Assembly: GCA_034522515.1 (NCBI GenBank)
Contig: JAXHLF010000027.1
Span: 38,886-102,885, forward strand
From: Bacteroidales bacterium
Lineage (GTDB): Bacteria > Bacteroidota > Bacteroidia > Bacteroidales > VadinHA17
DNA: 64,000 nt
Direction: 5' to 3'
The notes beneath the pieces are model-generated. The model did not search any database, was not told where the DNA came from, and saw only the letters and a list, made by a program, of their open reading frames with translations. Made by a program: the position numbers and the translations under genes. This document shows positions 52,340-64,000 of the stretch, in pieces. Numbering within the stretch: the first letter of the stretch is position 1; each line of letters starts with the position of its first letter.

Positions 52340-55300
52340 ATGAAGAAACTATTTCTGTTCTTTGTTTTGTTTGTGTTAGCGGGTGCCAGCACCCTGTGGG
52401 CGCAGACAAAAGTCATTACAGGCACAGTTACCTCCGCCACGGAGGGGGAAGGTGCAATTCCCGGTGTAACTGTTTTTGTCAAAGGCACCACCGTTGCAAC
52501 ATCAACGGATATCAACGGCAGGTTCTACCATGAATGTTCCGGAAAATGCTGAAACTCTTGTCTTCTCCTTTATAGGGATGAAGCAGCAGGAGGTTAACAT
52601 CTCCGGACGCCAGGTGGTTAACTGCGTCCTGGAGTCCGACGTGATAGGGCTGAGTGAGGTCGTTGTGACGGCACTCGGTATCAAGAGGGAGAAAAGGGAA
52701 ATAACCTATCAGACCCAGAAAGTTGATAATGCAGAACTGGCAGTAGCCCAGCCGAACAGAGCAGGCAGTGCCCTGGCCGGTAAGGTAGCAGGTCTGCAGA
52801 TCAACATACAGGATAACAGTCTTAACCCAACAACACAGATCATCCTCAGAGGTCTCAGGTCAATATCAGCAGATAACCAGGCACTCGGTTGTCATCGACG
52901 GTGTTATTGCATCTCTCGGAGCTTTTGATGACCTTAACCCTAACGATATCGCCGACCTCAGTATCCTTAAAGGAGCAACCGCAGCTGCCCTCTACGGGTC
53001 CAACTCCTGCCAACGGCGCAATCATTGTCACCACGAAGAAAGGCCAGGCCGGCGAGAAAATCACCGTGGGACTCATCTCATCATACACCGCTGAGAAGGT
53101 GGCATACATGCCCGACTTCCAGACAGAATACGGTACAGGATGGGAAGGCGCATATGACGCAGTTGAGAATACCAACTGGGGTCCCCGTTTTGACGGCACC
53201 CTCCGTCAGATAGGCCCGACATGGCCTGACGGTACATACCAGGCTGTTCCCTATGCACCGGTGAAGGATAACCTTCTCGCTTTCTTCAACACGGGCCATA
53301 ACCTGAACAACACCGTCTACCTGAGCGGCAGCCACGAGGCAAGCAAGTTCTATCTCTCGGTAGGCGACCAGAGGGCAACAGGTATTGTTCCCGACGATAC
53401 ATATCAGAGAAATACGGTCAGGGTCAACGCCAGCAAGAAAGTTGGAAATGTTGAACTGTCAATAAACTCAAGCTTCTTCAAGGATGAGTCAGACCAGGTG
53501 GGCAGCACCATCGGTGACCAGGACAGACCACTCTACTGGTTCCTGCTGAACACATCGGCCAATATTCCACTGGAGCGTTATAAAAACTGGCAGACTGACC
53601 TCTACGCCACACCCGACGGTTACTACAATGCCTATTATCAGAACCCTTACTGGGCAGTAGGCACAAACAGAAACAACCAGAAATCAAACAGGTTAAACGG
53701 TAACGTCCAGATATCATGGGACATCCTCGACTGGCTTAACTTTACCGGCAGGATCGGAACCAACACCGCATGGGGCAACGGCAAGAACTGGAGAGCAGCA
53801 CAGACATATGACCCGGACTTGCAGCCATCAGCCGGAGCAGTATCTTCATTTGTCACCGATTCTGAATATCAGTCATCTGAACTTATAGAAGATGTTCTTC
53901 TTACAGGGGACTTTGAATTCCTCGGAGATTTCACACTGAAAGCCATCGTGGGTGGTACCAACTACAATTACAACTACAGGTCAAGCTCAATCAGGGCTGA
54001 TAACCTCAGTATCCCCGGCTTCTATGATATTTCAAACGGTACGGGTACCCCGACTGTCAACGCCGACGCATCACAGAAGGTGAGCTTCGGGGTCTTCGGC
54101 GACCTGACCCTGGGCTACGGCAACTTCGTATTCGTTAACTTCTCCGGAAGGAATGACTGGACCTCCACCCTCGCAAAAGGCAATAACAGCTATTTCTACC
54201 CGGGCGTTGGTATCTCATTCGTTCTTACGGATGCCATCGATGCTCTGAAAAATAATAATGTACTTTCATATGCAAAGGTTACGGCATCAAATTCGACTGT
54301 TTACAATGACCTGTCTCCTTACATGATCAATGAAAGGTACAGCAAGCACCCGTCTTTCCCATACGGTGAAGTGAACGGCTTTGTTCTCGGGGGCACATCA
54401 GTTGATGCCAACATCAAGAAGGAGAAGCTCAATACCACGGAATTCGGTCTTAACCTCGGCCTTCTTCAGTCAAGGATCATGCTGGATGCTTCATACTTCA
54501 TGACCACCACCACTGACCTCATCACCTACACCACCCCGTCAGTGGCATCAGGCTCAACCTCATTCCTTACCAACATCGGGGAACTGAAGGGTTCGGGCAC
54601 TGAACGCTACACTTGGCGGCACGATGCACTCAGAGGCGAAGGATTTCACATGGGACCTGAGCATCAACTTTACTTCCAATGAAACCATGAGTAAAGGAGA
54701 TCTATGAAGGCCTTGATGAGATTGCCCTCACCACCACCGGCCAGATTGGCATTTACGCAATAAAGGATATGTCATTCCCCCAGATGAAGGCAAACACCTA
54801 TGTCAGGGATCCCCAGGGCAGAATCGTTATTGATCCTGCAACCGGGTTCCCTAAGACAAATGCATCTCTTGCCCCGCTTGGCAAGACTACTCCTGACTAC
54901 ATCGTCGGTCTCAACACATCACTGAAGTTTTTCGGGTTTGCCGTGTCAACGACCATCGATTACAGAACCGGACATGCTTTCTACGCACAGGGATCTGACG
55001 CAATGGAGTTTGTAGGACGGTCAATGGAGTAGCGTATCAGCCAACAGGCAGGATTTTGTGATCCCCAATTCGGTGATCGAAACCAGCCCGGGCGTTTTTG
55101 TTGAGAACACAAACATACCCATCCAGAACGGACGCCAGAGCTACTGGACCGACACATACAATGATGTCAAGGAGAACTATGTAAGGGATGCATCCGCATT
55201 CAAGATCAGGGAACTGGCAGTCAGCTACACCCTTCCGGCAAGTATTGTCAAGGGTACACCTATCGAAGAAGGTGGCAATTGGCCTTATAGCAAGGAACCT

Positions 55301-55445
55301 CTTCACCCTCCTTCCGGCAGAAAACGCATTTTGCTGAACCTGAATTCGACAAGCAACAACAACAACTCAATCGGGATAGGCGGATATTTCCACGATGCCT
55401 CCCAAGACAAGGTCGTTTGGTGCGAACTTAAACATAGAATTTTAA
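52340..55445 (+). CDS. SusC/RagA TonB-dependent transporter, multiple frameshifts
   Basis: EVVVTALGIKR, LAGKVAGL, ANGAIIVTTKKG, RNDWTSTL...NNSYFYP, RDAS.FKIRE, terminal Phe. Confidence 0.9.
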
Positions 55446-55460
55446 AACAGAGAATAGCAT

Positions 55461-56940
55461 ATGAAAAGTATTATAAAAATTACGCTATAGTGTCTCTAAC
55501 GGTCTCTCGGAGCGTTGGTTTTGTGTGAGGATTATCTGGACGTTAACACTGACCCCAATAATCCCACCGCCGTTACACCTGACCTTGCTACTGCCTCTTA
55601 TGGCCAGTATTACACTGCGCTCTATCAGACGACAGACAGGGGCCTCAGCCATCTCGGAAACATGATGATGGTAAACTGGAGCCAGAGTGATGGCTTCGCA
55701 TGGTATGCCGATGAGTTCAAGTATAATGTTACCTCATCATTCTATCAGGGAGTGTTCAACAATACCTTTGCCAACACCCTCAAGCAGTATCAGATACTCT
55801 TTAATCTGACAGACCCCATGTATGATAATTACAAGGCTATCGCCAAAATAATGAAGTCATATCACTTCCAGCTGCTTGTTGACTGTTACGGTGACATACC
55901 TTACTCGGAAGCACTGGGCAGGAGCCTTGAAGCCACGCCGAAGTACGATGACGCGCAGGAGATCTATGATGACCTGATCGTCCAGCTTACCGAGGCCATC
56001 GCTATTATAAAGGCTGCACCTGCACTTGCAAAGGTTCCGGGATCCGATGATGCAATCTTCGGAGGAAATATGACAAACTGGATAACCAATCTTCAAGCTC
56101 GATACTTTACCGTCAGTCGGATATGAGCAAGGCATCATATATGCACGACCGAACCCGGTGTCATCGCCACTGAGGGACACGGTTACATCACATCTGATGT
56201 CGGTGTTGCAGTTTTACCCAGTTACATCTGGGACGCGGCAAGCAGAACCCGATGTGGAACTCACTTGGCTGGGATGAAGGCGGCACACAGACACTCTCAA
56301 GCAAGGCAACCTGCGCTTCAGATTTTATCATTAACTATCTCTCGTCAACCAATGACCCGAGGATCAGTTACATTTATGAAGAGCCTTCTTCAGGGCACCT
56401 GGGTGTTCCGCAGGGTTTGCTCGACTATGACACACCTGTTCCTGATCAGTTTATCCTGAACCTGATGGCCAGCGCGTCTTCAAGGCAGGCGACATGGATT
56501 GAATCGTCCGCCCATGGCGAAGGCTTTTCCGACCAGGCTGAACTGAGGCAGAAAGGTATCCTTACCACCGGCCCGAGCGCACAGGCTCTGTATGAAAGCG
56601 GCATAACAGCCTCCTTCCTGTTCATCGACTTCACGCGCAGGTCAGACCTTCTCTTCACGGTGAAGGATCTTGTCAACTGGGGCAACTCACCAACAAGCTT
56701 CGGCTATCGTTACCAGAAATGGGATATTTTTCACGAGCTGACGGACTCACTCAAGACCAACGTATTTGCAGGTTCCGGCGGAACAGAGTTTCCCGAGCGG
56801 AATATGCCGATATCCTGAACTACAACGCTACTTGCTGACAGGCCGGTGTAACTCTTATCCGCAGGTGAGTATTCATCGAACAGAAAATGTGCCGATCGCA
56901 ACCCTCTGCCTTTACAACCAAGATATTCTGGGCGAACTGA
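55461..56940 (+). CDS. SusD/RagB lipoprotein, heavily frameshifted
   Basis: CEDYLDVNTDPNNP, LVD.YGDIPYSEA, PKYDD.Q.IY, D.IFGG....W, DPR, YQKW, terminal IFW. Confidence 0.85.
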
Positions 56941-56949
56941 TCTGAAAAG

Positions 56950-57822
56950 ACAATAATCAAAACATTAAAATATATTATTATCCTTGTCTTAAGCCTGGGT
57001 GCCCTTAATTCCTGCCTGGTAGATGATACCACCAGGTACGATCAAAGCGATGAAGGGCCAAATCTCTGCAGGCTTTGCCGACGCCAGAACTTCTTTCGGG
57101 TTCGTATCTGATGGCAATGAATACTGAGTTTACCGTCAAGAATGAACTATCGGTACCCACCTTCAATGGCATGTGACCGAAGATATCGTTGTCACAATTG
57201 ATGACGATGCCTCATCAACGGCAATCGAGGGAACTCACTTCAGACTTGATCAGCCTTCAATAACACTGAAAAAGTCAGACAACTATCCTTCGGTATCCCG
57301 GCCCAGCACAATCCTTACCGACGGGGTCAGTAGCTCCCCTGGCAAAAGCCCTGTACTGAGATCTCAAGAGGGCATGCATGCCACCGTGTTGACAACGTTC
57401 TGAACAATGGCAAGAAGATCGAGATCACCCTTAACATCTGGCTGTTTCTTCCGGATAATTTCGGGAAGGGGGTCATATAACGCTTTCCTGATCCGTACCA
57501 ACGCTGATGGGACCACCACCACTCACAATTATGTCGACATAATTACCGAGGACGGCGTCGAGCGAATACTGAACAGAATTGGCAGTATCATTATATCAGG
57601 CGGACCTGGCGTCGGGAACATCCCGGGTTACACATTCGTCTGATGTCTGTAACGTGATCAGCGTACCGTATGCAGACCCTGCTCGATTACTACTCGAATG
57701 AGGTCTTTGGACATCTGCCCGGATCAGTTGACCCGGCAACTGGTGTGATACATGTCTTCTACACGGTGGCTTTTGCCGCCGGTAACAGGACTTATGACTG
57801 TACTTACACACCCATACCGTAA
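56950..57822 (+). CDS. Putative SusC/D-associated lipoprotein, heavily frameshifted
   Basis: LNSC lipobox fragment, SSTAIEGTHF motif; boundaries approximate. Confidence 0.5.
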
Positions 57823-57856
57823 GACTTTACATTACTGAATTTAAAAACTATTGAAA

Positions 57857-58860
57857 ATGAGAAAATATCTTGTAGATGAATTACTCCGGGCTTGCGGATT
57901 ATCGTTCTCTGCGCATGGCTGCCTGCGATACAGCCAGCCAGGAAGCGGAGCCTGTGATAAGTCCCGAGGGTTACCCCGTGGCAACATTTGTCAACGCTAC
58001 CGGAACCTCGGTTGTTGAAGGCAACTCCATCATCTATACCATCACCATCGATAAGATGATCGACAGGGCTTTGACCTTCTCTCTCAAGGCAGACCGGCGG
58101 CACGGCAGTTGACGGTGGAGATTGTGTATGTGCACCCGTTGTTACTCCGCCTGACCTCTTGGGACCGATGACCACAGCTTGTGATTGAGACTTTTCAGGA
58201 TTATGAATTTCAGGGCCTTTTGGGAACAATCATTGGTGAGATCGGCGTCTTCGGAATTGCTGACAGGTACCTACTCAATCCGACCACTGTCAACCCTAAG
58301 TTTACGCTCACAATTACCAACTTCGTATCACCCAAGCTGGAGGTCTCCTTCTCATGGCACGCAGACGTTGTCATCGGCGGTGTTACCTATGATGCTGCAG
58401 ATTACGTTGACTTCGACTTCCTGGTTTCACCGGAAGCTGATTTCGATATTTCTGATCCGTGGTCATCAGAGATTGGTATCTACGATGCAGCCACCGGCAG
58501 CCATCCGGAAGAGATGACACTGTCAGGACTTGCCAACGGCACCTATGTGCTCTGGGTTGACCTCTATTACAATGACTTTGTTGGCTCAAGCGACGGTTCG
58601 GTTGACATACCTATCGTGGCTGCATTCACGCGCCAGGGAACAACAGTTATTGGCCAGGAGGTTTCTATGAACCCTGCCGACATGATGGCTGACAACACAG
58701 CCGGCTATGACAATGACCCGAGCGGTGTCTACAACGCTGTCATCGCGAAGGTTACCGTTGCCGCAGGGGATAGCACGTTACGAAGTATGACAATACGACT
58801 ATAGGTCCGTTCAAGTCGGGAACCCAGAATACCCCGAGGCCTCTTAACTACAGGAAATAA
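57857..58860 (+). CDS. Putative SusC/D-associated surface lipoprotein, frameshifted
   Basis: MAAC lipobox, V.EG...YTI...K Ig/Calx-like start, acidic beta-rich C-domain. Confidence 0.55.
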
Positions 58861-58882
58861 GAAGACCGGATCTTAATGAATC

Positions 58883-58918
58883 AAAAGAGCCCCGCAATCT
58901 GACGGGGCTCTTTTATTT
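58883..58918. terminator. Bidirectional intrinsic terminator
   Basis: AAAAGAGCCCCG...CGGGGCTCTTTT between convergent genes. Confidence 0.85.
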
Positions 58919-58972
58919 TATGTCCTTACTGCCGGGATAAGTACCCGGATCTGCTTCCGGCCCTGCCGTGCG

Positions 58973-61900
58973 TTAACTTCCTGAAGAGCGGTTGTAGCGG
59001 TACTTCGCTCCAACAGCCAGGATAACCACCAGCCCTATGGCCACATAGACAAACACCGGTACCGGCACAGCGTCACCCCCTGCGTAGGAATGGAGTCCCG
59101 ACAGATAGTAATTGACACCGAAATAGGTCATTAGCACGGAAGCGAATGCAAAGAGCGACAGGAGATTGAAAGACATATGTATGCTTCATCCCGGGATCAT
59201 CCGCAGAATGGGTCACAAGAGTGTATACAGTAATTGTGACTAGTGACCATGTCTCCTTCGGATCCCATCCCCAGTACCGGCCCCATGATTCATTGGCCCA
59301 TATGGCTCCCAGAAATGTTCCTATGGTCAGAAAATATAACCCCAGCGTCAGGGCCCTGTAATTAATTACTGTGAGCTCGTCTAAAACTGAACTGATCCTT
59401 TCCCTGTTCTGGGCATTGACAAATAGCATCATTATCAGCACCAGTATCCCAAGTAGTTGGCCCCAGTCCGAGGACCCGTTAACTGCCGGTTATGACCGAC
59501 ACATGCAGCGTCAGCCAGTAGAGACCTAAGCACAGGCACAAGACTGGTTATCCGGATCCATGAAACTCAGGTGAGCCACCATAAGTGTCAGTCCTGCCAG
59601 AACTCACCGTCGCTCTGCCAGCGTCAAGGTGATTGGCGGCTGAAGATGATACCAGCAAGCGACGGTAACCCATGAGATGAGCAGCATCGACTCAATACCC
59701 GTTGCTCATAGGTGAATGGCCTGAAATATACCACCTTATTCCCAGTCCCAGTGTGTGAAAAAGGAACCCGGCGGCAACCAGGCCGGCAAGAATCTTAAGA
59801 ATCGGGCCGGAGTTTCCTTTTCCCCTGATTATCAGGGTGATGATAGTAAAGATCATTATCAGCCCTACGGTAGCATAGTAAGGAAACAGTCTCTCGAAGA
59901 TCTTCGCCTTGTAATAGAACAGTTCCGCATTGATCTTTGTCTCCGATGGCAGATCATAGCCGGCATGGACGCGCTGATACTGCCTGATGGCAGAAATAAA
60001 ATCCTCCGGAGGGGCGGCGGCCTTGCCGACGGATGTCACCGCCTGCGTCCACATGGGCACAACGCTCAGCACAAAGAGTGAATCCTCACTGCTGACACCG
60101 TGCCTGACGGCCTCCTGAGCCATCCCCCAATGATCGGTGCCGTCGCGCAGGGGGAAAATGCGCATAAAGTCGCCGCGTGACATCATGTAGCATATGTTTA
60201 CACGCTCATCTACCTTAATCACCTCCTTGTCGAACCTGCTGCGCTCACTCTCAGCCTTCGCATAGGCCTTCTCCACATAGGCTGACAACTTATAGCCTCC
60301 CCCGTCACCAAAGGTAACAATGTCCGGAGAATGCAGCCCTCTCACCATTCAGCTTCAGCAGCTGGCGAACCTCATCATTAGATACTTTTATCAGTGGCAC
60401 CTCCTGCCAGTGATAAAAATCAAGCGAGCAACCCAGGAAGACCTGCATTGGTGACAGACCGTCGAAACTGTTCTCCCTCGCCACTTTCCGCAGGATGTCA
60501 CTGCTTATTGTATAAAGCGGCTTAGTACGTCCTTTCTGATCCTGGGCAAGAACCTGCCCAAACCGGTCGGCAGCCTCCCTGTCAATGACAAGCTGCTGGC
60601 TGCGGGCTGGCGCCAGCGAAATCAGGAACAATAGCACCACAACTGCTGCAGGCTTGCGGTATCTTGAATTCCAGTAACCGGGCCTGATAGTCCTGAAAGA
60701 GGATCTCCGGTTGAAAATTGAAAGGATGATAAAGAGGAAAAGGAGTCCGTAACCGGTATATGTGGTATACATTCCTGCCGGATCATGGTTCACTGAGAGT
60801 ACCGTACCAAGTTCGTCATTGTCATAAGACGACTGGTAGAACCGGAAACCATGGTATTTCAGGATATGGTTCATGTAAATATCATATTGCATTTCCGTGC
60901 CGTGGTCAGGGTCATTCAGTGTGACCCTGCTTTTAAATCCTGACGGACTGTTTGAGCCGGGGTAACGTTCTATCATGAAGTCATCAAGTTTCAGGCTGAA
61001 AGGCAGGTTCAGGACCTGCCTGCCGTAGCTCAGACCTGTGCGGTCAGGTTGCCGGCGCTGCCTTGCCAGGAAGTACCTCAGTTTCCACCGGAATCATCCC
61101 ACAGGTATATCGTCCGGTCAAATCCGGGCCCTGAGAGGGTGCATTCAATGGCGCCTCCGGGGGCCCGGCCTCCACCTTCCTCCGAGGGTACAACAATGCC
61201 GTTCATCGTCAGTTGCTGGGGCATTATTCTGAAGCCTCCGACCGTATATACGGTTCCCCTGGCAAGAACAATGAGCGTATCCGGAGGATAAACGACCGTC
61301 TGCATATCCTGCATGCTGGTTGAACGAACCTCTCTCAATGACTTTATATAGAATCCAGAGTTGTCTGTGACAATTGTGATTTCGGCCTCAGTGCCAAAGC
61401 CTAAAGACATCTCCCCTATCAGGTCCGTCTCACCCTGAAACAGCACCACGACTTCGCTGCTGACCATATCTGGCGTTATCAGAAATGATGCTGCTGGGCG
61501 TCCGTCAGGCGCATCCTGCACCTGTTTGACTGCGCCGGGAATATACCTTTCAAATGTGAGCGTCACCTCTTCACCGGCAGCCTCCAGTCGCTTCTTATAG
61601 TGTCCGTTGCGGCCACCGGTGAGATTGATTGCGCCGGCATGGCTGGCAAGTGACCGTCCGTCACGACCGCTTAGCTCAAATGTCAGGCTGCTACCCGAAG
61701 ATTGGGTCAGCGAGGTTGTCTCACCCTCCCTTATATGCATCATCCCGTCATAACCTGTATACCTTGTGATGGCAGCTCCTGTAATCATTACAATGAAGGC
61801 CGCATGAAACAGCATTACTGTCAGCTTCTCCCTCCGGTAGAGTTTGAATTTAGCAATCTGTCCTGCCAGGTTTATCACCAGCAGCAGAAATAGCAGCTCA

Positions 61901-62046
61901 AACCACCGTGTGTTGTAGACCGTTGACCTGGCCGTATCAGGACCGAAATCGTTCTCTATGAAGGTGGCAGCGGCCATGGCCGTGGCCAGCACTATAAACA
62001 GAACACCCATCATGGCAGGTGTAAACAAAAACCTTAGTATTTTCAT
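58973..62046 (-). CDS. ccsA: System II cytochrome c synthase, fused CcsBA (ResB/ResC), multiple frameshifts
   Basis: ATFIEN..G, Y...WFE, FH.AF, MNH.L.Y.G.RFYQSSYD.DE.GT.LSVNHD, SGH.P.SNGY, WANESWGRYWGWDPKETW, GLHSYA. Confidence 0.9.
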
Positions 62047-62067
62047 GGAATCAATTTGAACACAAAA

Positions 62068-62766
62068 CTATCCTTTTTCGGATATGACCTGCAGTTTTTC
62101 GCGGTCAAGAATCTTTATTTTACGCGGTGTTGACAGAATGATATTTTCATGCTCCAGCTCACCCATTATCCTTACTACACTTTCCTTGGCCATGTTTGTC
62201 ATTTCACCAAGCTCCTGACGTGTCAGAACCATCTCATAATCATGCAGAATTGAAAAGATACTGTCTGCAAAATACAGAAGCGCTTCAGCAAGCCTTCCGT
62301 GCATCTTCTTCTGGGTAAGGTTCAATACCTTGTGATGCATCCGGAATGCCTTATCACTCAAGTCTTCAATAAAGCCAACTGCGAAGCCCGGATTTCCTGA
62401 GATGATCTTCCGGATCACTTCAAAACTGATGAAGCAGGCTTTCACATGGGTGATGGCAGCAACGGAATAAACGTAACGCGAATTGACATGTACACCCGGA
62501 CCTGCCAGCAAGGTTGAATGCTCGGCCAGGTTTATGATGAGGTTTCTGCCCGCATACCCCTCCATGTATACCTTTGCAAGTCCTGATATCAGAAAAATTG
62601 CATTTGAGGAGGGAGACCCCTGCTTGATAATGATTTCGGAAGGGTTAAAGCTGGCCTCATATCTGTTCTGGTTGACGATTTCGAGCTCCTCCCTGGAGAG
62701 ATTCTTGAAATTGGTCCAGCACCTTGAGCAGGCCTCGCAGCCTGAGATGATATTTTCGCTATACAT
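62068..62766 (-). CDS. Crp/Fnr family regulator with N-terminal CxxCxxC
   Basis: cNMP-type domain, KKMHGRLA, LTRQELGEMTNMAKESVVR HTH. Confidence 0.9.
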   Translation of the reverse strand: MYSENIISGCEACSRCWTNFKNLSREELEIVNQNRYEASFNPSEIIIKQGSPSSNAIFLISGLAKVYMEGYAGRNLIINLAEHSTLLAGPGVHVNSRYVYSVAAITHVKACFISFEVIRKIISGNPGFAVGFIEDLSDKAFRMHHKVLNLTQKKMHGRLAEALLYFADSIFSILHDYEMVLTRQELGEMTNMAKESVVRIMGELEHENIILSTPRKIKILDREKLQVISEKG

Positions 62767-62847
62767 GATAAAAACCCATTTCTGGAGTCAAATGTATCAA
62801 GACCCGAATGTAATTTAGGGGAAATATAACATATATCATATTCTTTT

Positions 62848-62861
62848 TTGATTTTTATCAA
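62848..62861. promoter_or_regulatory. FNR-type binding site
   Basis: TTGAT-TTTT-ATCAA, perfect consensus between the divergent crp/fnr and cytochrome genes. Confidence 0.75.
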
Positions 62862-62977
62862 CTCAGGGGCCTGTACTTATCAATCTATTGTGATTGAAAT
62901 ATCAATGATAAACAGAGTGTTGAGATTAAGCGTCTTGTTACCTTTCAGCACATAAACCTCATTAATGAAATACCACT

Positions 62978-64000
62978 ATGAATAATAGACTTAAGATTAT
63001 CATTCTACTTGTTTCGGGCGCCCTGGCAATGGCGTCATGTGAAGGTCCAATGGGGCCTACGGGTGCTGATGGCACCAAGGGTGACAAGGGTGATAAGGGT
63101 GACCCGGGAACCACACTGGCCTGTGCTGAATGCCATAACGACAACCAGCAGGTACCCATTTTCTCCGCCCAGTAGCACCTCAACACATGCAGTGGGAGAA
63201 AATGCCGCATATGCCAATCGTGCCGGCTGTGTGCAGTGCCATACCAGTCAGGGATTTCTCGAGTATATAGCAGAAGGCTCTGTAGCAGCAATCTCATTAC
63301 CTGAAAACCCCAGCCAGATAACCTGCTATACATGTCACAAGATCCATAAGACCTTCTCTGACGACGACTGGGCGCTCACCAAGCCCGGTGCACAGACACT
63401 TGATGTCAAATATGCCGGTGCTGATGTCATATGGGACAAAGGAACGAGCAACCAGTGCGCCTTCTGCCACCAGTCTCGGGTTGTCTCACCGGCACCCGTT
63501 GTGGGCGGACCAGCGTTTGCTATCACCAACACGCGCATCGGGCCTCATCACGGACCCAATACCAACCTTATACTCGGCAAGACTCCGTTTGAGCTCCCGG
63601 GTGCCGCCGTACCTACAACGAATCCTCACTCTACGGGCAGCGGCTGTATCACATGCCACATGTCAGCACCCTACGGCTACCTTGCCGGCGGTCATAACAT
63701 GGGCGTCTGGTATGACAGCCACGGTACCGAGACCATGCTGAAGACCGGCTGCACCACATGTCATACAAATGCAGCCACCCTGACAACGATGATTGCCAGT
63801 CTGACGAATGATATCAATGACAGAATGGAGATTTTGGAGGCACAGCTCATAACAGCCGGGGTATACAATCCGTCGACTGAACTTGCCGCGACGGGAACTT
63901 TCCCGGCAAATGCCGTGCTGGCTTACCTGAACTTCAATACAATCAAGGAAGACCGCAGTAACGGGCTTCACAACCCCCAATACATCAGGGTGCTGCTTGA
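62978..64000 (+). CDS. Multiheme c-type cytochrome lipoprotein (at least 6 CxxCH), frameshift near 63173, 3'-truncated by window
   Basis: MASC lipobox, Gly-X-Y repeats, CAECH; the +1 frame is open to 64000 with CVQCH, CYTCH, CAFCH, CITCH, CTTCH and EDRSNGLHNPQY. Confidence 0.9.

Noticed and set aside
52054-58914. Genomic island integrated at tRNA-His
   Set aside because: No integrase, no duplicated tRNA 3' end seen, and the native terminator is intact.
63173-63175. In-frame TAG in the cytochrome as pyrrolysine or readthrough
   Set aside because: The downstream heme motifs are in a different frame, so readthrough cannot restore the protein; an indel explains it.

Overview
Chromosomal, mostly core-genome segment of a Bacteroidota (Bacteroidales-like, probably anaerobic) bacterium, judged from TAnnTTTG promoters, SusC/SusD genes, DUF4290/DUF4492-type genes and conserved gene order. 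It contains ppk1, an amidase, a TPP-riboswitch thiamine uptake operon, GH29/GH2 hydrolases, grpE-dnaJ, an ABC exporter, an HTH-less NtrC-type regulator, an SGNH+MBOAT O-acyltransferase locus behind mltD/parAB, pssA/psd/cdsA, cydAB, hsp20, a flavodiiron protein, ftsH, birA, pyrE, coaD, lon, rpmE2, tRNA-His, a SusC/SusD cluster, and a ccsBA-Crp/Fnr-multiheme cytochrome c locus that runs off the window end. At least 20 genes, including essential ones, are split by 1-2 bp indels. This is best explained by uncorrected long-read errors, so split genes are reported as single CDS with approximate ends. No integrase, transposase, prophage or CRISPR array was seen. Best leads: (1) an identically spaced TGNCA-N3-TGNCA box plus sigma-54 promoter shared by grpE-dnaJ and hsp20; (2) a lipoprotein multiheme cytochrome with a collagen-like stalk, a perfect FNR box and an adjacent Cys-containing Crp/Fnr and CcsBA; (3) a probable SGNH-MBOAT single-chain fusion next to a lytic transglycosylase; (4) tandem-repeat expansions at gene ends, one multiplying O-glycosylation sequons. 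Family assignments come from motif recognition, not database searches, and novelty is unverified.
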